A DNA stretch of 64,000 nucleotides, from the NCBI GenBank assembly GCA_904063045.1, contig CAJFCJ010000007.1, positions 3,169,404 through 3,233,403 on the forward strand. Reading direction: 5' to 3'. Below are positions 25,871 through 37,614 of this stretch, piece after piece (position 1 is the first letter of the stretch; each line of letters opens with the position of its first letter). Under the pieces are notes generated by a model that was not told where the DNA came from, searched no databases, and worked only from the letters and a program-made list of their open reading frames with translations. This DNA comes from Dimorphilus gyrociliatus. Taxonomy: Eukaryota > Animalia > Annelida. The position numbers and the translations under genes were made by a program.

Positions 25871-27020
25871 ATGAAAGATATTGGATCAAAAACGTATTTT
25901 TCGTGCAGCATACGACTATATATGATTTATTGTTTATTCTGGCCAAGTTTTGGTATAATAGCATGCGTTATATTATCTCTATTATTTAATTTCAAAGGAA
26001 CGACAGAAACACATTGCCATGTAAGACTATTAAATAAGAATTCTAATAAATCATAGGAGAACAATCATTCTCAATTTCATACATTTTCGCTATATACTTT
26101 TACCTTTAGGTTGATAATTATCTACCGTCGATAAGTTCTGCAATTGGTAACTATACTCCACAAAAATATATCTGGAGAGTTTGTATATCTTTGCAATGCG
26201 CACCAAGACTAGCTCTTGCAGTATGGCATTATAGCTATTACAAGTAAAATTATCAACTAATTTACTTAAACCCATACGCCATATCCTATACACTTTTTTA
26301 CAGATCTCTTCCTATCGTTACAGCCGGTAAATTATATAGTATACTAATAGTATTTCCAACGTTTCTTCATATAATTGAAAATCTAAGCCTATTAATGTTA
26401 ACATATGTGTCATCTAGCGAAAATTATAGTAAGATTTAATAATAAAGCTATATATAGTTTGTTTATATTTCAATTATTATAATAGGTATACACGAGAAAA
26501 GTTTTCTTACATTTCTGGTATCGGCTTTCCTATTTATGGCCACTTCTATTTTTTTATTTAAATATACTCGTAATTCTCTTAATTGGACAGCAGCGGTGAG
26601 TTTTTAGCTTGTCTTTTTGTACACTGTATTTATAATAATCACTTAATATTTGTTTTTTTAAAAAAAAAAAAGGATAAAAGTTTCTTCACTTTGCTTGTCA
26701 TCATATTATCTGCAAGTATTTTAGCATCATTAGGTTGTCTTTATTTCTTTATAAGACATAGTACATACTGCGAACCTGGAGGTAAATAAAAAGAAATTAA
26801 CTTATTAATGAATAATCCATTTATAATTAATTGTCTTTTTTTTTATTACATTTTCATAATAACAGTATATAGCAAGTTTGCAATGTGCGAGTATCTGATT
26901 GTCTTCTTAAATATTGCCTTCCATTATAAAATTTCAAATTTCTATTTTTCTGGTTATAGACTGATTTTGACTCATTTATTTAGTCCTAAATTTAAACCAG
27001 AACTTGGTAGTATTTGTTAA
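25871..27020 (+). CDS. PGAP2: PGAP2/Frag1-family protein, paralog B
   Basis: TTETHCHV|DNYLPSISSAIG..PQKYIWRVCI..APRL, IIENLSLLMLTYVSSSENY|SIHEKSF, YFFIRHSTYCEPG|VYSKFAMCEY..NIAFH. Confidence 0.88.
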
Positions 27021-27150
27021 TACAAAAATACACTTTTATATATTTATAATATATATCTGTTACTTAAATATCTAATTAAAGCTGAAAAAGGTTATGAATA
27101 CCGAAAGCGTTTACAAATATTAGATCAAACTCTTAGTTTAAATATTAGAA

Positions 27151-28502
27151 ATGGAGAGGATTGTACTTTTAAATATAATTTTGATTGGAGGTTTGTTTTA
27201 TAACATTGACATTATTCAATCGCTATCCTGCTCGGGAGTGGCTCGTTGCGAGTTGACACCTTGGAACGCTTGGGAACCTTGTTCAGAGAAATGCGGAGCC
27301 GAAGGCAACTCGGGCAGAAGTAGAGGTGTATGCTGTACTTCTACACAGTCAATAAAGCAATGTGCAAAACAATGTCTAATTAAATATTCAGACTTAAGTG
27401 AAACAAGAGTATGTGGTACTGTTTGTAACGAAGGTCGTTGGCTTCATTCAAACAAGAGTTGCCTTTGTAACATAGGATTTACGGGAATGTGTTGCGATAA
27501 ATGTAAATAATAATTTTGATTAAAGTCTATTCATAGGATGGAAAGTTGATATTTGATAATTATTTTGCAGATTGCCCAAGCGGCAGCTACGGATTAAACT
27601 GCACATTTAAATGCAATACAGAATGTATTAACAAATTGTGTAATCATATCAATGGATCATGTACGATTGGCTGCGTTCAAGGATATTGGGGTGAAAAGTG
27701 TAATAAGAAATGCGCTAATTGCGACAATATTAAGTGCGATCGCGAAACTGGAACCTGCCCGCATGGATGTCAGGCGGGTTATTTCGGAAGGCTCTGCAAT
27801 AGACGATGTTCAACTTGTAAAAAGGGATTATGCCATGCGAGAAGTGGTAAATGTACTAAAGGTTGTATTAGTGGATATTTTGGACAGCGTTGCCGTAAAA
27901 CATGTGATTTATTACATTGTGTTAAAAATAATATTTGTACTAATGAGCTGCCTGGATGTTTCAAATTGAAGAATGGCTCGATAAAGTTCGATAAATCTAA
28001 AATAACATCAACTAAGACAATATTCCCATTCTCAACGACAACTCAAATTCATACGTCAGCAACTCCAGATAGTGGAAGCAATAGAGCCAAACCTCCTCCT
28101 CCTTCTCAAAGCAATAATTCTATGATACCATCTCAAGTTGTGCTCTATGTATTTGCTGGTCTATTTGTTCTTTTTTTACCGCTTGTTTTAATTTTAATAG
28201 TTGTGATTGTTGGAATTCGTAGAAAGACTAAGAAAACTTCTCGGGAATTAACTCAAATGAGGCAGATCGTTCAGCCTGTTAATCCAAATACCTATTCGTC
28301 ATTCCCAAGTTTACCATCTAATCCTCCGTTGTATAGTGAAACTTTTCAAGCATGTGCTCCCGAACCTACTAAAGAACCTATAAGCAACACTAACGAATAC
28401 GAAGCTGTATGTGATGATTCGGATAATAGGTCTAACCAAAAGAGAAAGCTATCAGCGGAATATTTGGAATGTTTACCAAGTGATGAGGAAGAAGCGGTTT
28501 AA
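27151..28502 (+). CDS. Single-pass receptor with signal peptide, TSP1-like and EGF/laminin-EGF repeats, Thr/Ser stalk, TM helix and Tyr-motif tail (MEGF/CED-1/SCARF-like)
   Basis: Two exons (intron 27503-27570). Contains WNAWEPCSEKC, repeated CxxGxYG/WGxxC units, a hydrophobic segment VVLYVFAGLFVLFLPLVLILIVVIVGI, and a cytoplasmic tail with YEAV and YLECL. Confidence 0.8.
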
Positions 28503-28960
28503 AGTTGGAAAGCTAGAACAACATTTTCCAATTTTAATTGTTAACTTAAATAATTCTATAAATGTAAATTAATCTATAGATATATATATGTTATGTCCCA
28601 GAAATAAAGCGCTGATAACGTATCCAAAGAGACGAAATATTTAATTGCAATCGAATTACACTAGTGTGTAACTATTTTTTTTATAAGAGATAGATTTCAA
28701 AATATAAGCTACTACGCTCTAATTGAATCCTTATCTTATCATATTAAAATTCAAATTTCAAGGTATCTTTTATAATTATTAATTAATAATTTAATTCGAA
28801 TAAAATTTATTCTTAAAGTTATTATTGAATAGTAATGAGTATTGTAGCTTAAACTTACTCGACTCTGATTGGTCAATAAGGACAGCCGACCAGTTTATAC
28901 AGGTTTAAATTAATAGGAATATTTTACCGAATACCGCTTTTGGTTGACAACGGGAAAGAG

Positions 28961-31200
28961 ATGTCTACTTCTCGAGCCAGAAAAAACGATGTAAGATGTT
29001 ATTTTACCTTGAAATTAAACAACAATATAGATGATTTCCTTTAATGTCTCTTTTGGTATATAGCCAATGCATAAGAAGATTCAACCGAATCCTAAATATA
29101 AGCATGTCAGAGCTACTGTGGACACAGGTTCGATCATGCTGATTTTAATTTTAAGATATCAATTTTCTTCTCTCCCAATAGGAGCAAGTCTTACGAAATA
29201 TATGGAAAAGATTGAAGATATTAGAAAAAGTAATTAATTTTCTTTTCCTCATGTAGGCCTATAGTCGTTAGGAGCAACAGCGTTATTCGCCGTATAATTC
29301 CTTTTATGAGCTATTAAGCAAATAGTGGCAAATAAGAGAAATTATGAAAAATACCGCATGAATAAACATTTCTTTCACAAACTCAGATTATAAGTATCGC
29401 CCAAATGAAAACTTCAAAAGAATGAAAATAACAACACTAGTTCAATTGGTAAATGACTATTTGCAAAACCATTAATTAATTCATGTGGAAAATTTTTTCT
29501 TAAAGATCATTCAAGTGCATCGTATCCAAGCCCATGAACTAACCGCAGATATACCGCCAACCCCAACTTCTAGAGGTGATGGTAGAGATACAGCTATAGC
29601 TGATGAAGAAATCAAAGAAATGCATTATAATAACAAGGATGATGGAACTTTAATAACTTCTCCTTCGCCTTCTTTAGCTTTAACTGATGGAGATTATGGA
29701 CACTCAAATCCTCCAGAGTCTTCCAGATCAACCTTACTCAGGTAAAAGGAAATAATTTAAACAGTACACACTATAGATAATCGATATGTCATTTATAGTG
29801 TTGCAAGAGGTATTGGAGAACTGGACTTGAATCACCCTCCTCCTGCCCCGGAGAATAAGTTTAATGCGTACGATTTATCGCCCTTTCTAATCTTGGACTG
29901 TCGAGGAGACGACGCTTATCAACAATGTCATATTTTACCCGGTTTGTTTGTTATTCTAAATTATTCATTCTGCTATTCATTATTCAAATTAGTAGGTTTC
30001 TATCTTATTGAAAAAAATTTCGGTTTTTAGCTTTCAGCTTTCCAAAAGCCATGCTCTCAAGATCAGTTAATTGGGCTTCAAAGGAATTACTATCCTTCGT
30101 GAGTAACAGATTTTATCGATTATTGGTTTAGATTTGCATAATTTGCAATTCAGTATTTTGTTCTATTTTAGCGTAATGCTACAGGTAAAATTATTGTCGT
30201 CTACGATGATGACGAAAGAGTAGCTCCAGACGTTGTTTGTACTCTTATGGATAGGGGCTACGAAAATGTTTTTATGCTATCTGGAGGTAAATTAAATCTT
30301 TTATCTAATGACAAACTCTATTAATAGTATGTTTATGTTATATCAATGTGTAAAGGATTAAAAGTTGCCGCCACAAAATTCCCGGAATACTTGATAACTG
30401 GAACAATTCCAAATGGTTTAATGGAAAATGAAAAGCCAAAAAAGGTTTATTAGATATAATTGAAGATTAAACACTTCTTGAACGCAGTAAAACAATCTTT
30501 TCCGTTATAGAACATTAATAAAGAAATTCGACCAGTCGTTTCAAGAAAATCTTTTACTGATGATGAAATTGATAGTGTTGAAATATACTTGGATAGAGCT
30601 TTAGAAGATCACAGTACAGGAAGTAAGCTTAAGCAAATATTTATCTCTTGAATAATAATCAACCTTTCTTCTATTATTTATATATACAGTATATGTTTTA
30701 TTTACTTAAAAGCAAAAAACAGGCGTCTCTATAATTTTTATTTTCTTCCCTTTTTTCTTTTTTTATTTGCAGCGAGTAAGTTACTTTTTTCTCTCCCTTC
30801 TTTAATTTCTTTGTTATTCACGCTTTATATTTTTACATACAAAATCTATTCAGCAAAAAATAGTTTATTCGCACATAATGTAAAAACAATCAAATAGAAA
30901 ACAGCACAGCTTTGTTAGATAAAGTATTAGCGTTTTCTTTCTTCTTTGTTATTTAATTTCAACAATTACTAGCTGATTAGATTGATATAGAAAAGAAGGT
31001 ATTTCTATATCATGCAATAATTATTGCTGTAGTTAAAACTGCAAATATACAGTATATATATATATATATATATATTATAATTTTATAAAGGTCGACTAAG
31101 TAAAGTGTCTACTGCCAGTAGTAGATCGACTAAAATGAGCAGTAGAGCCTCAGTTTCCTCTAAAGCTTCCGACGGACGTCCAGCATTTAGACCCCCATAA
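28961..31200 (+). CDS. CEP41: Centrosomal protein 41 (rhodanese-like domain, ciliary)
   Basis: [78 protein letters not shown]|LKV. Confidence 0.93.
30773..30775 (+). other. Candidate 3-nt microexon (CGA) in the last CEP41 intron
   Basis: ~30-nt polypyrimidine tract, then TTTGCAG|CGA|GTAAGT. Inclusion preserves the reading frame. Confidence 0.6.
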
Positions 31201-32381
31201 AAAATATAGAATTTTAAAGGTAAAATATTCAAATAATTAACTTTAATTCCCTTATTATTAATTTCTTTATTGTTTTTTTTTTTAAATATAGATTTCAAGT
31301 GAAACAATTAAAATATCCATGATTTTGAAGAATGTGAATTCCTTCTATTTGTTTTTATTTACTAGTACCTTTAGCCATGTAACAAGCTTCAAGTGATGCT
31401 ACTTTTAATATAATTATTTTTTATTATCATACAATGATTATTATCAGATATTATTATATAATTTTCCTGAATCACTTTCATATCAATGCAATTGTTTCAT
31501 TTATTTTTAATTATTTAGAAAATTAAAGAAAATCGCTGGTAAAAATTCAAATTATAAAGCAACCAACTAAATGATACTAGATACCAAATTCTTACAATCA
31601 TCATATATATTCAAATAACAATATTAAGATAAGCTTTGCATACATTTACTAAAGAAACTAATGACAGATAACAAAATACTCTGGATTTCTAACAATTTTC
31701 TTAGAATTAATTATACAATTATATATCAAAGGGAATTGGACAAGTTTCTGATATATTTAATTCCAAACATTCACTTCTCTTTTAATATCCTCCTTTGTAT
31801 ATTGTTCGTTTTTCAGTAGCCAAATTATGACAATTGCAATGACTTTCGAACATTGAGCGATAACATATGAATAATATAAAAGTTTCATCACAAGGAAAGA
31901 GATTTCTATGAGATTATCTATCTATTAAGAATCTATTGTTTGGTCATTACTTGATAATTAAAGTCTAAATTTTTTACTTACTCAAGGTAAAAGACTATGT
32001 GTGATTTATCTACAACATTTTACAGTTTTGTAATTTTTTTTGAAAAAGTTTTACAAGTGTTTTTATTAGAAAATATCTTCTAAACTAAGAATAATCTAAA
32101 GATTCGTGTAACTAAACAAAAATTTCCTTGATTTCGTTGTATTTCGTCAATTATTTAAATAAGTATTTGAAAATGATAACTGTTAAACAGAAAAATCTCG
32201 TAACGTTGTTCGGTTCATCGTTACGTTTTTTTCATGTATGGTTCGTAGCGCTGCATGATTTTTTGTGTCTTCATTAGAGGTATGATTGGGTAACCTGACT
32301 TTCTTCCAGAAGAAATGTTTTTTATACCGGCTCAGGGAATAGTTGAGTTTTTTGGAAAAGCGTCTACTTGTTAACATAAAA

Positions 32382-33317
32382 ATGAAGAGAAATGTTCTAG
32401 ACTTTAGTGAATATGATACTAGCAACTTTTCTATTCCGGATAATCTTTTTGCAAGAGTTGAATATTTTTTCTTAGGCGAAAAAGATTACACGGTAAAGAA
32501 AACAGAACATTTTCAAAAACTTTAGATGGAGAAGGCTTACTGAGAGATATTTTAAATGTTTTCAGTATTTAGAAGATCTTCTATTGAGAGGAGGAGCAAA
32601 ACGAGCTAACATAAAATCCGATTCCATCACCCATTTCATTTGTGATGACATCGATGATCTCGAATTCGATGAGGCTAATGCTTTATACCCAGGTTATTCT
32701 CAAATCCATTAATTTTATTCCATATCTATTTAATTCAAATTTCTGAAAAAGGTATTATAGTTCAATCTGGTTGGGTGATTGCTTGTACTGTAAGAAAACG
32801 AATAGTTCCAGAAACAGGATTCGAAACGAAGCTAAAATACATACTTGACGGCGTTTGTTTGGGCATATTTTCTAATAACTTGAAAAAGAGAGATCGGATT
32901 ATTTTTATTGGAAACGTTCTTGGAGCTCAAATTAGCAGTTCGGATTACTCCAAAGTAACCCATTTGGTAACGAGTGAACCAGATATTAAAAAACTACCTA
33001 AAAAATTAAAGCAACTTTTGACAAATAATAAACTGGAAGTAGTTAACGAGGATTGGTTAAAAATTTGCCTTCAGACTGGAACGAAGGTGTCAACTAAAGA
33101 GTTTCTGTATACTGCAGAGTGTAAGGAAGAAAATCCTATCAATCCTTCTCAACACTCTCAAATCGAGGGAATCCATCACAGTTCGCCAAGTCCTACAAAT
33201 AAACCTACTAACATAAGGTAATCTATTTAATACAACAGATATTAGTGATTTTAACCATAAACATTCTATTTAAGATATTATGGACGCTGTGAAGACCAAT
33301 TACTCAGTATGTAGGGT

Positions 33318-33364
<47 letters not shown>

Positions 33365-35138
33365 CAGTGTTTAATTTCTATTCAACTTTAGGTGTACCAT
33401 CTCAAGTTTGTCTGCTAGGTATAAAATTTTATATTAGCCCTGGTTTGACAAAAAATCCAGAACTGAAAAAAGCTTGGAATTTAGTAAGTTGATGTAAAGG
33501 AAATACTATACTTAAGATATATGACAGCTACTTTATATTAGTGTATCGAAAACTACGGCGGTGAAATTTCAAATGTTTTAAATGCTTCAGTAAATCACTT
33601 GATTATAAGAAGCTTATACGAAAAGGAGTACTTATTTGCGTATGAGAGAGGCATACGTTGTACAACTCTCAATTGGGTGAACGATATCATGGAAATTGGA
33701 AAAGTTGAGCCTCCATTTTACATAACTCATATACCAGACTGTATTGATCCCGATCAATTGCCTTTGAAAAGCTTAAAAGTTTGTCAAAGCGGTTTTAAGG
33801 ATATAGCAATCAAATTACAAGTAACTAAATAATATAAAAGGAAATTTTTTAAGTCCCATTACCTCAGAAGGGATAATTTCTCGCAGGTAAAAGATATGTT
33901 GGAACTAGCCGGTGGCCAGTGGTCCGATAAACTTGATAAAGATTGCAACTTTCTCGTAGCTAGTAATGTCAATACTACAAAATATAAAATGGCCAGAAAA
34001 TGGAATATACAGATTCGGAATTTTAAATGGATAAAAGACATTTATATGGGAAAGTTGAGGCATGGTGATATTTATAGCAATCTCTCAACCTATTCAATTA
34101 TAAATGGAGACGTGGATTTTGATATTTCGTTGATCAGGATTTTTCTTAGTACGTATATAAATAATTATATGCCGAATAGCAAATTATATACTAAATTTAT
34201 TTTAACAATAGAGCCTTGGGAAACTCCAATAACTATTGAACAAAATCTTTTACAGGTAGAACGTTACTTAAAATATAATAATAATTCATTTTAATATATA
34301 GAAAGTGTCCTTCTACATGAAAAATCATGTTGAAAAACGATGTCTCGAAGACATTTGGAGAGATGAAAATTCCCCAAGACCAGTTCCATTAGAACATTAT
34401 AAAAGTCTTCCATTGATTTTTTATGCAAATATTATCAGTCGAGTTCAATTGCGAATGAAACTTAATGAAAATGTTAATTACGGACGGAGTCGTTTCTCTA
34501 CACCGAATATTTTACTATCGTCTTATGGTGAAAAAGAGAAAGATTTGTTATCAAAGATGATACGTAATTTAGGAGGAAAATTAAGTACTGAGAAAGACAT
34601 AATTAAAGTTTCTCATATTGTCTATGAAGGTCGTACAGTAACTTCAGATTTTTTAATGGCTTTACCTTATACAACTTTCGTGGTCGATTGTTCTTGGATT
34701 TTACTCTCATATTATAATAATAAATTTTTGGATGAGAATAACTTTGGGCTCTGCAACAGCCTAATTGAAAGAGAAATTGGATTTAATGTTCAAGATTTCT
34801 TGTGGGATAAAAAGAATTTAAAGACTAGGCTGAAAAAATTTTCCATATACGTGTGTCGGAGTGTTATTCTAAAAAGTCCTTGGTTGCTTGACTTAATAAA
34901 AATCATGGGAGGAGAAACTTTATTAAATCCTTTCGCACGAGTTAAGGGAAGGAAGATGGCTATTATCGGTGAATTAGAAGATGAAGAATGTCAGCAGTTT
35001 CTCAACCGTAAAATGCCTATTTTTAATCAGGATGCTATATTATTAACAATGTTAAAGAATATTCGTTTTCTCACTGCCACATGTCGCATCAATATGAATC
35101 AGAGCGGGAGTAATTTGAAACAATTGTCTTCAAGATGA
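32382..35138 (+). CDS. PAXIP1: PAX-interacting protein 1 (PTIP)-like six-BRCT protein, divergent and compact
   Basis: IPDNLFARVEYF, THFICDD..SGWVIAC, VTHLV..VVNEDWL, VPSQVCLLG, RGIRCTTLNWVNDI, LAGGQWS..KYKMARKWNI, and a C-terminal BRCT pair. Domain order follows PTIP. Confidence 0.75.
33320..33363. repeat. (TA)n microsatellite in a PAXIP1 intron
   Basis: About 20 TA units read directly from the sequence. Confidence 0.95.
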
Positions 35139-35622
35139 TTGCTACCGATCAGAAAAAACAAGGACAAAACAAAACACTTTACATTTTTCACTGTTAATTG
35201 CATGGTAAAATTTCGTATTCCATATTTATTCATAATAAAAAAAAGTAATATAATGACCGACAATTTCATAGTATTATCCAATAGACTAAACATTTCGTAC
35301 AAAGTCTATTGGAATACAAACAAGATATTGTGATATGATATATCTTTGATTTCGCATTTACAGAAAATATATAGAAAGATATAAGTACAAATTTTTAAAT
35401 AATCATTTGAACTTTAAGCGACCCTTTTTAAAATATCTCACCTGCAAAGAGCGATAGTTAGTACAAGAAAACGGCCTAACAAGAGTAAAACTTCAATGAG
35501 TGATAGTAATAGAGTGACTTTTCCAATTCAAGCAACATCACTTATTTTTTATCGCCCAATTTTTCGAAAGTAATCGAAATTGAGCAGTCATCATTAAGCT
35601 TCTGAAAAGCGTTCGATTAACA

Positions 35623-36210
35623 ATGGAGAGTTTCCAGCTTAATGTGACTATTTAGAATACTATATGAAAATTGCCCGAGTTTCTTCAATAAATCATTTTT
35701 ATTTTTCAGAATAGAGCTATGTACGATGGCGAAGTTGCTCTGAAGCTGTTGTTAAAGAAATTGATGGAAGTAAATGATTGTGTCGAGACTGAAAAAGAAG
35801 TAAGTGGTTGCACAGTTTCCCATGTTATGTAATTATATTCCTAAAAATTCCAGGAGCTAGAAACCTATGTGAAATTGATCAAAGCGTATATGGATTGCGT
35901 TTCGAAAGAGATTGAAGACAAATATTTTTGGAAGAGATTATATGATAAGCAAGTGGCGAGTAATGCTTGTCTAATGGCTAGTATTGATAGCTTAATGAGA
36001 GCCAACTCAAAGTTAATAGCCACCGGTATACATCAGCAAGCAAAAATATTAGCACTTACTGGTGTTGGGAATACAACCATTGCTCTCAAGGATAACATTA
36101 TTGCTAAGTTAGTGGCAACTAATTCCCAATTAGCGACAGCTAACTTAGCAAAAGAAGCAAGAATATCCGAACTTGAAGAGGTAATGAAGGACCAAAACAT
36201 TTTGGAATAA
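35623..36210 (+). CDS. Orphan ~150-aa helical/coiled-coil protein (3 exons)
   Basis: Phase-0 GT-AG chain MESFQLN|NRAMYDGEVALKLLLKKLME|ELETYVKLIKAY...QNILE*. The last exon is a 113-codon open frame with heptad-like repeats. Confidence 0.6.
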
Positions 36211-36329
36211 ACCGGTTTATTGTTGAAATGTTTTGTTATTTAATTTTTTCTAAATTGTTGAATTACATTTTTTAACTTTTAAGATCAAAATATCTCTGAT
36301 CCATGTCGAGATGTTTTGTTAAAAAAATG

Positions 36330-37249
36330 TTATACATATCTCTTTATTTCAAAATAACGTTTTATATAAAGAATATGAAGTATTGTTGTGATAAGTAAAA
36401 TGAAATATTCGAAAATTGACCATACAAGAACTCGAAATTTTGTATTTTCATTAACTGGAAAGTAATTAGTGTAAAGATTTTATACGAAAAAGAAATAAAT
36501 TGTTCTTACTTGACTGATGAACTCTTTGTCTAACTTCCATATATTCTTGTTCTCTCCAAACTTCCGTGAGTTGTCTATTCGAAAGTTTCAATGACAATTA
36601 TTCTTTATAGAATCACAATGATTTATATATTTACCTTTCACATTCTAATATCAATTTAGGTAATTTTTCACCAAAATTAATCTCAGTCATCTTCTCGTCC
36701 AATGATTTATAATGATTTATATGAAATTGAATGATTTTAGGTATATTAGAAACTTCTTTGTTTGAAAAGCAATACTTTAATTTTCCATCTATTTGATATT
36801 TTTTATTATCAAATAAAATATAAATATGTGTTTAAACTACTAACCATATAATGCATTGAATGAATATAGACCGTTTGTTTGACCTTTTTTATTCCATAAT
36901 TCACTTCCGTCTGCAAGAAATATAGCTATGTCGACGTCAAAGAATCCACCTTCTATAACCTATAAAAAATTACATACTTTAAAAAAAATGTTCTAAAGTT
37001 CTTAAGAAAGAACATTCGAATTTCAAAGATATTTTTATTGTTATCGCACATACTTCAAATTTTAAGGTTAATTTATCTTCCTTAGTCACTGTTTCAAAAA
37101 AACATACACTATCATTTATATCTAAAATGATTCTGTACATTTGACTGATATCTATAATATAAATAAGATAAAAAATGGCTGTAATCAACATTTTATTATC
37201 AAATCTTTTACCTAACGTTACGTCATATTTGCTTAAAGCGTCAGATAGG
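36330..37249 (-). CDS. Divergent p24-beta / TMED2-like GOLD-domain cargo receptor; 5' end unresolved
   Basis: CFFETV..LKFEV|IEGGFFDVD, KYCFSN, EQEYMEVRQRVH..NENTKFRVLVWSIFE, and tail KRYFEIKRYV*. No clean start or signal-peptide exon was found. Confidence 0.75.
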
Positions 37250-37614
37250 CTTAAAGATAATAGAGAACAGTTTTATAAATTGGATGAAGTATAACTGATT
37301 AGTTAGTAATCTTTAAACAAGATAGAATATATTGCATGTATGTTCCAGGGTATTTGTTTATTAGTAATTGCCTGATGAACTATAAAGATAGAGGTGATGT
37401 AATTCTCAACAATATCCCGGATTTTAAATGTAACAGAAACTTTATTTATTTTTCTCTTTTACTTGGTCAACATAGTATAAATAAGAAATACTTTTTAAAA
37501 GTGTAATTCGAATAACAATATTAAGGAAACCATAAATCTTCGTGATCACTTTTTATTAAATCGACACATCAAACGAACGAAAAAAAAAAAATAAATAAGA
37601 CAGTGGGAAAAAAA

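Noticed and set aside
26407-26419. CTCF-like GTGTCATCTAGCG
   Set aside because: It lies in PGAP2-B coding sequence (YVSSSE) and is explained by codons.
31380-32425. Cys-containing minus-strand fragments and the 80-aa ORF 32183-32425
   Set aside because: Frames are broken by stops, no coherent exon chain was found, and the ORF start overlaps the PAXIP1 start region.
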